The notes below the pieces were generated by a model that did not search any database, was not told where the DNA came from, and saw only the letters and a program-made list of their open reading frames with translations. Shown piece after piece: positions 25,643 through 38,300 of a DNA stretch of 64,000 nucleotides (the first letter of the stretch is position 1; each line of letters opens with the position of its first letter). Location of the stretch: assembly GCA_037379345.1 (NCBI GenBank), contig CM074523.1, positions 876,525 through 940,524 on the forward strand, in the 5' to 3' direction. The stretch is from Perna viridis. Taxonomy: Eukaryota. The translations under genes and the position numbers were made by a program.

Positions 25643-25989
25643 ACTAATATACAGTTTCTATACTGAACATCTCCATCACACAAATTTTGAACAACATTCA
25701 AATTGTTAGTTCCCTGAATTCTAAATAGTTACTATAGGTACGTCAGCAGCCATGTACTTTATCTTACGATAGGGTTACAGATATAGGTTAAATTTGAATT
25801 ATTGAAAAGCAAGATTGAATACAAAATAAATGAACCGTAATCATTATAGTGCAGACTGAAAGACCAATAGTGAACTTACACCAGAAGAGCTAACACTTCT
25901 AGAGCCACAGTGTCAACTTTCGGTTTATATCAATAGTTTTGTTTGTGTAATGTATTTTTTCTTCTATTCAGTTTTAATATGAAACGTTA

Positions 25990-26230
25990 TTGAGGTCTGC
26001 TACCTATATTGTTTGTACTTTGATCACCTCTTTTAGTTTTAGTCATGTCATTGGATTAGGTCGATTTTCGTATTTTATAAACAGTTTCACTTCATTTTAC
26101 AGCTAGCTTTATGGCATGGGTTTTGCCCATCATTGAAGACCGTGTGGTGACCTGTAGAAATTGTTCGTTGCTTGGTTTCTGGGTGATGACTGCCTCATTG
26201 CCAATCATCACATTTCCTATTTTATATAGG
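25990..26230 (+). mobile_element. Degenerate interspersed-repeat 3' end of a type common in bivalves (probably retroelement-derived)
   Basis: GGCATGGGTTTTGCCCATCATTGAAGACCGTGTGGTGACCTGTAG..CTCATTGCCAATCATCACATTTCCTATTTT resembles a bivalve repeat I recall. The family assignment is not verified. Confidence 0.4.
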
Positions 26231-27024
26231 ATTATGATGCCCCTGAATTGTCCTTCTATATTGCAAAACAAAGATATTTTTAAGTGTCAGTATCTGTAAG
26301 AATAAGAGCAGTAGGTGAAACACGGTATGGAAAAAACATCATTTTGATAGTTTCATTTGACAATTTTCACCATCAGAATCAAGGAAAACAGGCATGATTT
26401 TCCATATCATGCTGGACCATTGAGTTAAAAATTCATTGAAATGCACTAAAATGAACGTTTCAAGGGCGGATAACTCTGTCAAAAACCTCATTTTTCTAAC
26501 ATTCTATTGAAACATTTCTGAGTAAAGCCAGCGATGCAGGGATCAAATAATAGTCTTTTCAAATCAAGAAAGCATCCTGGAGTGATATTACATTGTCAGA
26601 TCAGTGGGGTTTTAACATGCATGTTTCTGATTTTCCCATTTAGCATGATTCTTACAAAAACTTACACTTAACTCATTACCGCATACAACAACCAGTTGGC
26701 TTTCCCAAAAGAAATAATCAAGCGAACGTTGGTGCATGTGCATAGTCGAATATGATGGAAACGTGATCTTCACAGCATTCAATGATTGTTTCCGGACACA
26801 AGTCAGACACAGGATCATCCTTAACATAATAATTCCTGTTGGTATTGAAACAAATCATACATGATATTTTATAGATGTACATGTACTCTTTTATGCCAGG
26901 AAATAATAAGTCGTCATCACATTTCAATATGTACACAACAAAACAGATGGAGGTAAACAAGTAGCAATTACATTTGGGCATTGGAAATGGTACACTGTAA
27001 ACGCACATGCATTCTACATGTACT

Positions 27025-27140
27025 AGATTTTTGTTACTTTGTATGTATTATTTTGATTATTTTATGTTTTTTGTTGTATGTGTCTGTTTTTTTTTAATGT
27101 TTGATCTTCCGCTAGAATCTTGGTTCCCTTGATTACTCTT
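27025..27140 (+). mobile_element. 3' UTR fragment of the same Penelope-like family
   Basis: TTTTGTTACTTTGTATGTAT..CTTGGTTCCCTTGATTACTCTT is reverse-complement-homologous to 6841-6975. Confidence 0.6.
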
Positions 27141-27334
27141 CCCTAATTATGTATTCTTAGTACAAAAAATGGTATTTGAGGTACATGAATATACGACGTG
27201 GTCATGCATGTACGTGTATTCAATACAAGCATATACATGTAAATGCAAATGTCTCTTGCATAAATGAAACATTTGATATTCATTTGCACAGAAATAGCAT
27301 AAACAAACAAATGGAAACGTCATAACGAAGAAGG

Positions 27335-28490
27335 AAGAGGCAGAACGCACCACATAATGTACAGGGAGTGGCAGTAGTCCTACCGCACCACATAATGTAG
27401 GAGAAGCAGTAGTCCAACCGCACCACATAATGTAGAAGGAGAAGCAGTAGTCCTACCGCACCACATAATGTAGAGATGACGGGCAGTTGTCCTAAGGCAC
27501 CACATAATGTAGAGGTGACGGGCAGTTGTCCTAACGCACCTCATAATATAGAGGTGACCAGCAGTTGTCCTAACGCACATCATAATGTAGAGAGACGAGC
27601 AGTTGTCCTAACGCACCACATAATGTAGAGGTGACGGACAGTTGTCTTAACGCACCACATAATGTAGAGGTGACGGACAACGCACTACATAATATAGAGG
27701 GACGGGCAGTTGTCCTAACGCATCGCACAATGTGGAACTCAGAGAGTAGTCCTAAAGCACCACATAATGTAGAAGGAGTGGCAGTAGTCCTAACGCACAA
27801 AATAATGTAGAGGGGCAGTCAGTAGTCCTATCGCACCACACAATGTAGAAGGACGGGCAGTTGTCAGTCCTAACGCATCAAATAACGTAGAGGGACGGTC
27901 AGAAGTCCTAACTCATCACAAATATAAAGGGACGGGTAGAAATCCTAATGCACCATACAATTAGAGGGACGGGTAGTAGTCCTAAGGCCCAACATGGTGT
28001 AAAGAGACGGCCAGTAGTCCTAACGCACCACACAATGTTGAGGGACAGACAGTAGTCCTAACGCTCAACACTATGTAGAAGGACGGACAGTTGTCAGTTC
28101 TAACGCACCACACATTTTAGAAGGATGGACAGTAGTCCTAACGCACCATATAATGTAGAAGGATGGGCAGTACATGTAGTCCTAAAGCACCATATAATGT
28201 AGATGGACGGGCACTAGTGCTAACGCACCTCTCAATATAGAGGTACAGGTATTAGTCCTAACGCACCACACAATATAGAATTTGGACGGACAGTAGTCCT
28301 AATGCACCACGCCATGTAGAAGGACGGAAAGTAGCCAATGCACCACATAATGTAGAGTGAGAGGCAGTGGTCATAAGGCACCACACAATGCAGAATGAGG
28401 GGCAGTAGTCCCAACACACCACAAAATGTCGAGTGAGGGGCAGCGGCCTTAACACACCACGAAATGTAGAGGTAGGGGCAGTAGTCCCAA
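27335..28490. repeat. Minisatellite, 38-39-bp unit, about 30 diverged copies
   Basis: Unit GCAGT(A/T)GTCCTAACGCACCACA(T/C)AATGTAGAGGGACGG. Confidence 0.95.
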
Positions 28491-29490
28491 AGAGCTCTTT
28501 GTCTGAAAACTACTATAGATATGGAACCCGTAAAGGAAGAACAATTCTTATTTAAAAGACATAGCACATCATTTTGGTCTGTGTCACCACTAGTATTTTT
28601 GTACACTAACGGAAATAAAAAACAACAAACAAACAAACAAAACAAACAAAAAAACGCAGAAGTTAAATAAAGAAATTACTATCTGTCCCAACATAGGCCA
28701 TGAAATCGGTAATATTATCTACATAAAGCTTAGATAGAAATGCTAACAATTTTGCACTGAGTTACATCATATGTAATTTACTCCGAGATCAAATATAATT
28801 GCAGCAGATGACAGTCAGAAAATAATGACAATATTATCAAGATGGACTAAGGCACTCCATAAATGTATGTCTGTTCGGCATTATGACCACATCTGTCATG
28901 ATAATTCTAATATTCGACAAAAACGTACAAAACTTATTCCTAGTAGCGATGAAAAAAATGATGCATGTTGTGAAATTGCTTATTACTTTTAAACCCATTA
29001 ATATGATGATATACCTAAAATAGGTATAAATAATGACAATTATCAGTAATGTATATCTGAATGAGACACTGATGTTACAAATGGCTTATGGATCCATCAC
29101 ATGCTGTCACCATTCGAAACCGATTATCAGTGCACAACTAAAGATCATTTAAACAAGCAGATGCAATGCTTCCACGTGTAAGGGTTTCCCCAATGCATCA
29201 ATGGATCTGTCATTATCTTTCTTTACTAACCAAATTTAATATTTTGCATCATATCGACTGTTTATTCATCGATTTTTCACCGTTATCAAACAGTTATCAT
29301 TATCAACCACGACCAAGAAAACATGTTCAATGTGTATTCCCAGTGTCAAGGTCAACTTTGTTTACACCAACATTTGTGTATTTGACGCATGACGCGTGCA
29401 AGGAGAAAATTCTGACCAACCGAAAGGATCGTTTTAAAGAGCTGTGGTTTTCTCTTTGTTCTGAACCAAACTCAGCGAATACGTGGCTAT

Positions 29491-29546
29491 TGATTGGCGA
29501 GAAATATTTCTGTAATCTATATTTAAACTACCACATGCTTCAGTAC
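29491..29546 (+). promoter_or_regulatory. Candidate Mkx core promoter: inverted CCAAT box, TATA-like box, initiator
   Basis: TGATTGGC at 29491-29498, TATATTTAAA at 29518-29527 and TCAGT at 29540-29544 occur in canonical order about 150 nt upstream of the ATG. Confidence 0.45.
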
Positions 29547-29692
29547 GCCGGTTAGCTCTGAATGTAGATATATACGCGAAAACACTTAGGAGGATAAAAT
29601 ATATACAATTTATACAATGTTTCTTTAAAATTTTGTAGATTATTTCATGCTATAGCTGTGCAGAATATTTTAATGTCTGCTACGTGTTAAAA

Positions 29693-29841
29693 ATGGATCG
29701 ATCTGAAATTAAATGCAGGGATATATTACAAAACAAGTGCGAAAGTGATCTCAAATATGGATTTAACCAAAACATGGGGAATATAGAAAATAATTCGGAT
29801 TTTACTGCTCCCGCCAGAAATCTGCGGGCTAGATCACAAAG
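29693..29841 (+). CDS. Mkx: Mkx coding exon 1 (MDRSEIKCRDILQNKCESDLKYGFNQNMGNIENNSDFTAPARNLRARSQ-R)
   Basis: The ATG has a strong Kozak context (AAAATGG). The frame is open to donor AG|gtagga (phase 2), which splices in frame to exon 2 (AG+G=Arg, then KVYPIKVRQKRQ). CCAAT/TATA/Inr-like motifs lie just upstream. No family motif is present in this exon, so support is contextual. Confidence 0.7.
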
Positions 29842-32102
29842 GTAGGATGTTTCCGTAGTTATTTTGAATTTCTCAGTTCAGCTAAGTAAGTCCCATTTTT
29901 AAGCAGTCTCCATGTTATCACATGTGGATATTGTTGTTTTCTCAGGGTTCAGGTACATGTAAGGTGCTATGCAGTACACGGTTGTGTTGATACATCTATG
30001 TTCACGTACTATTTTTCTATAGACCATGACATACATCTGAAGGAGATCATGTACACTTAATAAGTTCAGCGTTTTTAGCTGACATTAAAAATAAATCTAG
30101 CAAATCACTGACAAAATCATTGTTTGCATAGAAACTATTCCCATATTATAAATGTGTACATGTATGACTAACGTCGTCAATGCATTGACATTTCATGGTT
30201 CTATTAAATACAACCGTATACACATATTAACTTGTAATACGGTCATTGTGAAGGAAAAGCCATCTTTAAACCATTGCCTAACATTTTATTTCGTCCCGTA
30301 CTGTTAAAATCCGATTTATTCATATAATAAAAATTTATGATAAACATTGTAAGAAAATATTTAACGTAAAGGTGTAATTATTTTAGCTTGAACCCCGGTA
30401 AGTGAAGAAAAATAGGGCCAAGTTTTATTTAGGTCAGATTTCAATGACTGCCATAGAAATCTAAGTACCGGTTGTAGAGAAGTATAGGAGGATTCAGTGG
30501 CATACTGAATTATTGGTGTATTTGACGTGGACACCAGGTTATTCTGTCATAATTGCAGTGTTAATAGCATAATCAATTTACCTTAAACAGCAAAGCACAT
30601 TCTACAATTGCAAATATCATTTTGTAGGAAGTGTTGTCAGGTTTCGGTCATTGTGAATAAATTTCGGCATTCTTACATATGATTTTAGGGAATGCGTTAG
30701 TAGGGAACTGAAAATTTAAAATAATAGAAAAATGAAAATTAGTTATTTTTCTTTGAGTACAAATTAAATAATAGTTGAGAATTCGTTTTAATTATTTGAG
30801 TGTGTGTTCTTTCGATCGAGCAACAAACATCAGGACATTAACTACTTGTAATGGGTCATTCATTGAATGCATGTGGTGTGTCTCTGCGGTGAATAATTGC
30901 TCCAGAGATATGTTAGTGCAGTGGAGGGCTTGATTGGTTTAAAGGTTGTTTGTCAACGAGTAAACATACTAATCACTTATAATATCACAGGTTGTTAAAC
31001 TGTGATGGTAGCTGCAATTAGTGAATTATGTGTAAATGTAAATGACTATTGTGGGTAGCGGCTATTACTTTATAATGGTTGATACAGCGGTGGTTTCAGA
31101 AATTTCGAATACCTTAAGATGGAGTCAACATATGGGAGATTCCGACCGCGGAGCCCCTTTGATCAGTCATTGATTGATGTAAGTTTTACTTCATAATTTA
31201 CTGGTTTGGATTCTTTTCTTTGTAAATATAAGCGTTTAGATGGAAGCGAATGTTTACACAGAAGAGAAAATTGTTTTAATTTTTTGCATATTCCGTTTTA
31301 CAGAAAGATTATGGACCTTGATTAAATAATTCTCACTACACTATATTCTCTATTAGTTGAGCCGGCAATTTCTATGTCACACCCTGTCGAAATTAAACTT
31401 AAGATAAATTCTAAAACCACGTAAGATTATAAATGACAAAAAATACTACATTATACGTGGCATACAAACATGCATTTTTATTATTACTTATGAAATCGCC
31501 TATCACCGCTCCAGGTCACTGGTCCATGGACTAACCTTTCCTGTCATGCACAGTTTACATTACATACAAACAGCAAACATCGCCATAAAGATATATATAT
31601 ATAGATATGCTTAAAACACGTTATTCAAATAGAGACATTATGAAAGTTAAACAAGAGTCCATTGTACGATGTAAAACATGTTACACAAATACAGCGACCT
31701 TAGGTACTATCTTAAATATTAGGCCTTGTCCGAAATTTGTGACAAATTCTTGTGAAGGTCACGCTCTTCTAGATAACAGCTCTTTATGTGGGTTTTTTAT
31801 TTGATAAATTTTATGATGGTTTGGCAATGGGAACCATTTGGTACTTTAATGGAAATTTAGAAAGAAATAAATGAGTGGAATTTTAACAAGTTCAGACGTA
31901 CGATTATTGCTAAGGTTCTTTTTTTCACCTTTCCTTTTGTTCAGTTCAGTCATTTACTGAAGCAGCAATCGCATGATGTTTCTTTTGGTGTGGTCATGTA
32001 GAACTATCAGAGATGGTCCGAAAGCATAAGGAAAAGAAATGGATCATTTGAAACCATCACTGTGAATGTATTGAATGTATTCCTTTAATTCCCACTTACA
32101 CG

Positions 32103-32334
32103 GGGCATTTTGCTGATCAAGATAGATGGCCATTTTGCTGATCAAGGTAGATGGCCATTTTGCTGATCAAGGTAAATGGCCATTTTGCTGATCAAGGTAG
32201 ATGGCCATTTTGCTGATCAAGGTAGATGGCCATTTTGCTGATCAAGGTAGATGGCCATTTTGCTGATCAAGGTAGATGGCCATTTTGCTGATCAAGGTAG
32301 ATGGCCATTTTGCTGATCAAGGTAGATGGCCATT
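32103..32334. repeat. Near-perfect minisatellite, 25-bp unit, about 9 copies
   Basis: Unit GGCCATTTTGCTGATCAAGGTAGAT. Confidence 0.97.
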
Positions 32335-35300
32335 CGTGTATTTTGGCCTAATAGACTAGATTTACAAAAACGTTTGAGTGACCAGAGTTTAATGACACCA
32401 CGGTATAACTAGTCGGTCATTGCACTATAATCTCTTTTTCAGTTATCTATAAATGTTGCAGGACATCCTTTTGTTACGTGCAGATATATGTTTATAGGAT
32501 CATGTCTTGTTTTCAAGTATTTTAATAGCCATTGTGTCGTTTTACAAGCCTGCAACGTGCACATCGATGTAATGAGATAACCTAGGTTGACATATCACTC
32601 GATATGCCATTGTCCCGCATCTTTTTACTGAGAATTACGCAAACATTGTAGCGTGTGTCGAATTTTAGATACAGGCTGTAATGATAAAACGTTCCATATT
32701 TAATAATTTGGAAAATCCACATGTGGCTTCAGGTTATGGTTAGGAGAATTTGATATTGAACATTTGGTAGAATGTGATACATGTATGAATAAAAATACAT
32801 GCAAAATAAATGTACCGTGCAAATGTAAAATGTATCCAATGTGTTCCTTTTATTTGTAGCGCATTTTAAGGGGTTGGAACCAGATTAAACTAGAAATTAA
32901 AATGCATGACTGGACTTAGGGTGAAGATAGTTTAGGACGTGCTACTGTTACAAAAGGCATTTAATGAAATAATATTAGGTCCGAAAAAACAAAGACCAAA
33001 CTAATGAAATAAAAAAAAAGAAAAAGAAAATAAATAATTTAACTTCATCAAGTAATCAAATGGCTACTCCCTATTAACATATACTTTATGACGAGCTGTT
33101 TAATACAATGTACATCCAATGCTTGTAGATAAGACGTAAATGATTTACCATTCACTGTACACCATATACTTCCATTGGATTAAAAAAAGAGTACGAGCTA
33201 TTATTCACTTAACACAAAATAATAGAAGTCTTAAGTGTCAGTTCGGAACTGCAGGTTTTATTGATAATTTCCCGCCTTTACGTCATTCTGTATCGTGTAA
33301 TTACCTCTTCTGGAAAAACCAAGTAAATGTCATGTAGAAACCTTTAAAACAACACAAAGTTCACTAAAACATTACAATAGCCCTTGGATAATGTGATTTA
33401 TTCAAAACAAAAGCGGGCATCATTCTATTTTTCCATTTTAGAGGCATTTTTTATACGACCTTTAACCTATTGGAGAAGCTTTTTCTTTACTATGAGTTTT
33501 TTTAGGACAACGCTGTTCCATCTGTTACTTTGTTATATAGGACACTTTTCCCAACTTGTTCTTTACCTGACATATGTTACGTATTACAACTTACATGTAC
33601 TTTAATCCAGCGATTTTTACATAAGCATTTCAATATACAATGTGTTTTTCGTGTTTCCGTTATTTATATGTATTTCCGGTGATTTTTCTGAGGGCACCTG
33701 CTAAATTTTATGTCCGTCCAACTCTTATAGGTAATGTGTTTATATGTGTAATGAAAATTAATGCAGTACCAGCAAGATGGAACTTAATTAATATTGTATT
33801 TTATGAAACAGACCAGAGATTTACAAAAGAAGATTACCCTAGTCATGGGCCCATTTTTTTTCGTAAGATAATATGACAAAATATGTCTTACATTTACTTG
33901 TGTAGGTATAATACAAGGTTTAAAACGGATTGGCATGATAATTTGTTGAACTGTATTACTTTGCCAGTAAAATTTTGATGTTTAAATATCAGAATAGAAC
34001 ATTTCATTTCTTTTTGAGTTTCGCCCTCCCCTTTTTGGGGTCCGCCTCAACAGATCACTCTTCTCATAGTTCATGTTGTTGCAAATTTTCATTTCCTGTA
34101 AACGTACACATAAGTTAGGTGTTTCCTTTATTAGATACATGTAATTGACATGTACTTGTAGTAATTACTAATCAAACAGTTTAGTTATAGTGTACATGTA
34201 CATGTACAACAAACATGTAATATTTAAACATACGTCTGATGTAATAGGTACATGTCCTTATCCATAGTATATCGACCTCGAGCTTTGACCTCTATCTGAT
34301 GTGGTGATAAATAAAGATTAAGTAGGAACATATTTCGTAAGTGAACTAAAATAAATATAAAAGGAAATACTTTAAATGTACTGACTATTTTGTTAATTCT
34401 ATATCACATGATGAGTCACTAACATCGACAAATTTTAAATATTGTTTGAATGCATTAGGTGGTTTTAAACGTAGGTTACAGGTTATAGGTAGTTTCGGAA
34501 ATAATTACAAAAAAAATGTCTAGGTGAGAACTTTTGGTTAGTCATCATTTTATGTTTGATAGGATTTATCAAGTTACCCTTAATATATCATTCCATTCAG
34601 GTATCAGTTGTAATACATGTACATGTATGACAATGTTTACTTTATACTAGTTACCCAAGCTATTCATCCAATACAACTTGAGTGAAGAACTACTTACTGT
34701 TAAATTTACTATCGATGGTCAGAATTTGACGTCAAGTTAGTTCTACATACACGTACATCAAATGTTCATGTACAGTGATATTTTTATCTACAAGACTTTA
34801 CACGTACGCTGAGAGGGGTGCTGGAATGTTAAAACAAGTCCTTACACCACTTATCTTAAATTACTCCACTTGCATTAACATGCCTCTCACCACACGATGT
34901 ATTTCTCTACAAAACGCATTGTCACACTGTATGAATATATTTGTCTTTTTGATCGTGTATAAACAATAGACGAGTAAGGTTATATCGGTACATAATCATT
35001 AGACATGCCCACAAAGTCAATGATTTCCCAACAATTCAATATCGATGGCTCTGATATTAACAGTTGAGGGCGTCATGGCTTAGAGTTTTTTTTGTTTTTT
35101 TTTTAATCTAGAGTATTGCGTAATGCACATAAACGCACATAATGTGAATTGTTCAAGACAATACATTTTTCAGGAACAATAGTTTATCATTAATCTTACA
35201 TGATTCATGATATCTCTGAGGTAATGCTACACACTAATTGTTTCGTGGAAATTCCTGTAAAGATTGATGATTGCAATTGATTAGCAATCCTTGTAAATCC

Positions 35301-38300
35301 CGTGAAAATGAAATTGGGTTCTATGAAAACATATGATGCAATTTGCTACACCGAAACCTTGAATTTTTGTCACAGCACCTGTTTAAATCTAAAAAACAAT
35401 ATAAATCGGATACATATCAAATCATTTCCAGCAGATTTTAAAATGGAAAGATGGTGTGTCATATGTGTCACTGATATTTTTTTTTATTATACAAGTGATG
35501 CCTTTCGGGGTTTGTTTATTTCAGAATTGCTATTATGCATTTGTAAAGACAGAAAATAGTTATGAATTAAATTTTCCATCTGCTGGAGCTATTTTGTGTT
35601 TGGTGTTACATATGTATTTCTCCACCTTCGCAACTTACTAGTAACAAACATGTATATCCGTTATACAACTCACTCTTTCCCGCAATAATTAGTAGATTTG
35701 TTATCAGAGGGATACATGTGCATGCGATCAATAAACAGTTCATTTATTCTTTGATAGGGACTTGAAACAAGTCGAACAATTAAGTTGCATCAAAATCAGC
35801 CCCATCGTTCGGCATTCTGTAAATTATCCTCATCGTTTTACACAATGCGTGTTTATTTAACATTACCTGAAACCTCTTCATTATTAACTGTTTATTTATT
35901 CATGTATTATATAATTACCAGATAATTTCCCAGTCAACCAAACATAATCATGTGCATTGAAACCACAATGTATAAATTGTATATCTCATATAGGAAATAT
36001 ACATTATACATGTATATAGATAAATGGATGCCAACAAAAGAAGACCTTTAAACTGGGTCATTATCTTGTTATGTCTCCGAATTACATTAAACTGTCGTTA
36101 ATGCACATTTAAAAAAAAATCATTGTGAATGATGCATGTTAAATGTTGTACATACTGTAAATGTATTTCATTGGTGTGCACATGTGTACAGTTGTAATGC
36201 AATTGGGATTTAACACTCTATTCATGTTACTTTGCAGTCATGGATCCTTATATTTTCTCTGTAACTGTTTATAGTTTATGAGAATAAAGTAAAGTAAAGT
36301 AAGATCCAGAGATTTTGGGAAAAGGGGCTTTGATGCACATTTTACATGAAACTACCCCCCCTTTTTTTTCCCATTCCACAATTTTGGATCTGTTACTGCT
36401 TTGTGACCTTTTAGAGTGTTGGTGTTTTGAAAGTATAAAATTTCACACACGATTTTGCAAAATATTCAAAATCAGGAAGAAGACTTGTACATACACTGTA
36501 TAAAGATATTACTGATTATTTGGGCATTGTGATACAATTACATATGCATGTACATTTTTGTGGTTACCATTGCAGAACTGTTCTTGACATAGCATCAACG
36601 CTGGATAGCAGGAAAGCCTCCCCTGTGATAGCCCGACAAAGTCCGCTGCTCGACCAGGGAAGCTTCCCCTTTAGCCCGATAAATTTTGCAGAAGACTGTG
36701 TATTATTGAACAATGTATTGCTATTAATTAAAAATTCCTCACGCATCAGTTAATTTTATCGTTTTGTTTAATTATTCGACAATTGTATATGATTACCTTT
36801 GTTTAAAAGTCCCCTCGGATTCCCATTTAAATGGTTCATAACTTTATGAATATGATATTTGAGGCACAGAAGGGATTACATTTCTATTGACCTTGAGAAC
36901 GACCCTTGGCTTAGACTCATATGTCCTTTTTGTGTGTCAGCACCATTGTCTTTGGAAAAGAAACTAATACACACAAAAAATGTAATAATTATCACCATCA
37001 AGCCCTCTGTACATGGTATCTGATAATAAAAAATGACCTTTTATTCTTGAGGTCCCCGACATGTTTACATGACATTTTTTCTTTTTCCAAAATGTCAATA
37101 AGTATTAATGATTAAACCCATAAAACCGTAAACCTTCCCTTTGTGTTTGGAATAACTTACAAAGTCCTTTATATAAAGCTTTATATACTTAGTCTTTGTT
37201 CTTCTGTATATATAGCCATAAATAGTGACAAATTCATTCTGTTAAAATAAGTTAACTAATTATAAAGCCTGGTCATGAAGCCATTTGTCTTGCCTCGTTC
37301 TATATCAGCAACTTTATATGTACACATGCACTAAATTTATTTGTTATGGTTTCAATTTTTAATTAAATTCACCAACAGTCGCTTTAGTTGCGAAGCTCTA
37401 ATGATAGCCTACAGACACCTAATAATTTCTGTATGTTATCAGCTATTAATGGGCAGCATCGTACATTATCTAGCGAAATGCGATTCTAATACGAAATTCC
37501 GCGTGTACAAAAAAAAAAAAGAAAAAAAAAAAATCTGCATCCCCGGGCTATATACAGGGTGTGTACTAATGTATATACAGTGTATGTAGAAATCTGTATG
37601 TATCTATATATTGGATGCAGGGTGCTTTTGTTCGCCCACTGTATAATTTGTCAAACGCGGCTTTAGTTTTAAGTGTTTCAGTGGTGTTTCTGAAGACATT
37701 CATTAAATAAACCGGGCACCTGTTTATATCTTTATATGTAATGTTCAATTCTTTAAACCAAACATGGTAGATATTCCTTCATACATGTATTTGATCCACT
37801 TTCAGACTTACATGTACGCTCCTGTCCACAATAAAATGAAGTGTTTAGTCATAAAAAAATTTGAATTATATTTGATTTTTTTTCACATTTTTCACTGCAA
37901 TGTCTCCTGACAACGTCATTCAAGACCACATATAAATTATCTCCACTGTAAGGGACGACTGATAGAAATGTTCAACCTTTTTTGGGGACATTTTTTTGAA
38001 AAAAGAAGCGCCATCTGTATTAAAACATAATAGTTTACTGACATACGACTTCTCATGACAAAGGAAAACCATTCTGCATTAACTCATATAAAACAACATT
38101 TATTAATAAATGTAAGCATTGACAGCCCAATTTTCATGTTTGACTTGTTAATGAGGTCATTAGTATTCGATATTATTCTGTTTCCGAGACGTAGAATACT
38201 TATGCATTAATAATGGTCGGTACAAAAAACCAATTTGACGACACGCAAATGCAAAAAACAACAAAAAACACGCAATTTATTCTTTAATTTTCAAATATCT

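Noticed and set aside
26330-27010. Possible transposase remnant (ORFs 26612-26827 and 26718-27008)
   Set aside because: Looks repeat-derived, but I could not identify any catalytic motif or termini.
27335-28490. CRISPR-like appearance of this and the other tandem arrays
   Set aside because: Units are contiguous with no unique spacers, there are no cas genes, and the context is eukaryotic with spliceosomal introns.
27147-28645. Repetitive ORFs such as STLCGALG and MWCVRTT
   Set aside because: Translations of the minisatellite, with shifting frames and no splice or homology support.
29166-29555. 129-aa ORF upstream of Mkx
   Set aside because: No recognisable domain, composition is non-coding-like, and it overlaps the candidate promoter motifs.
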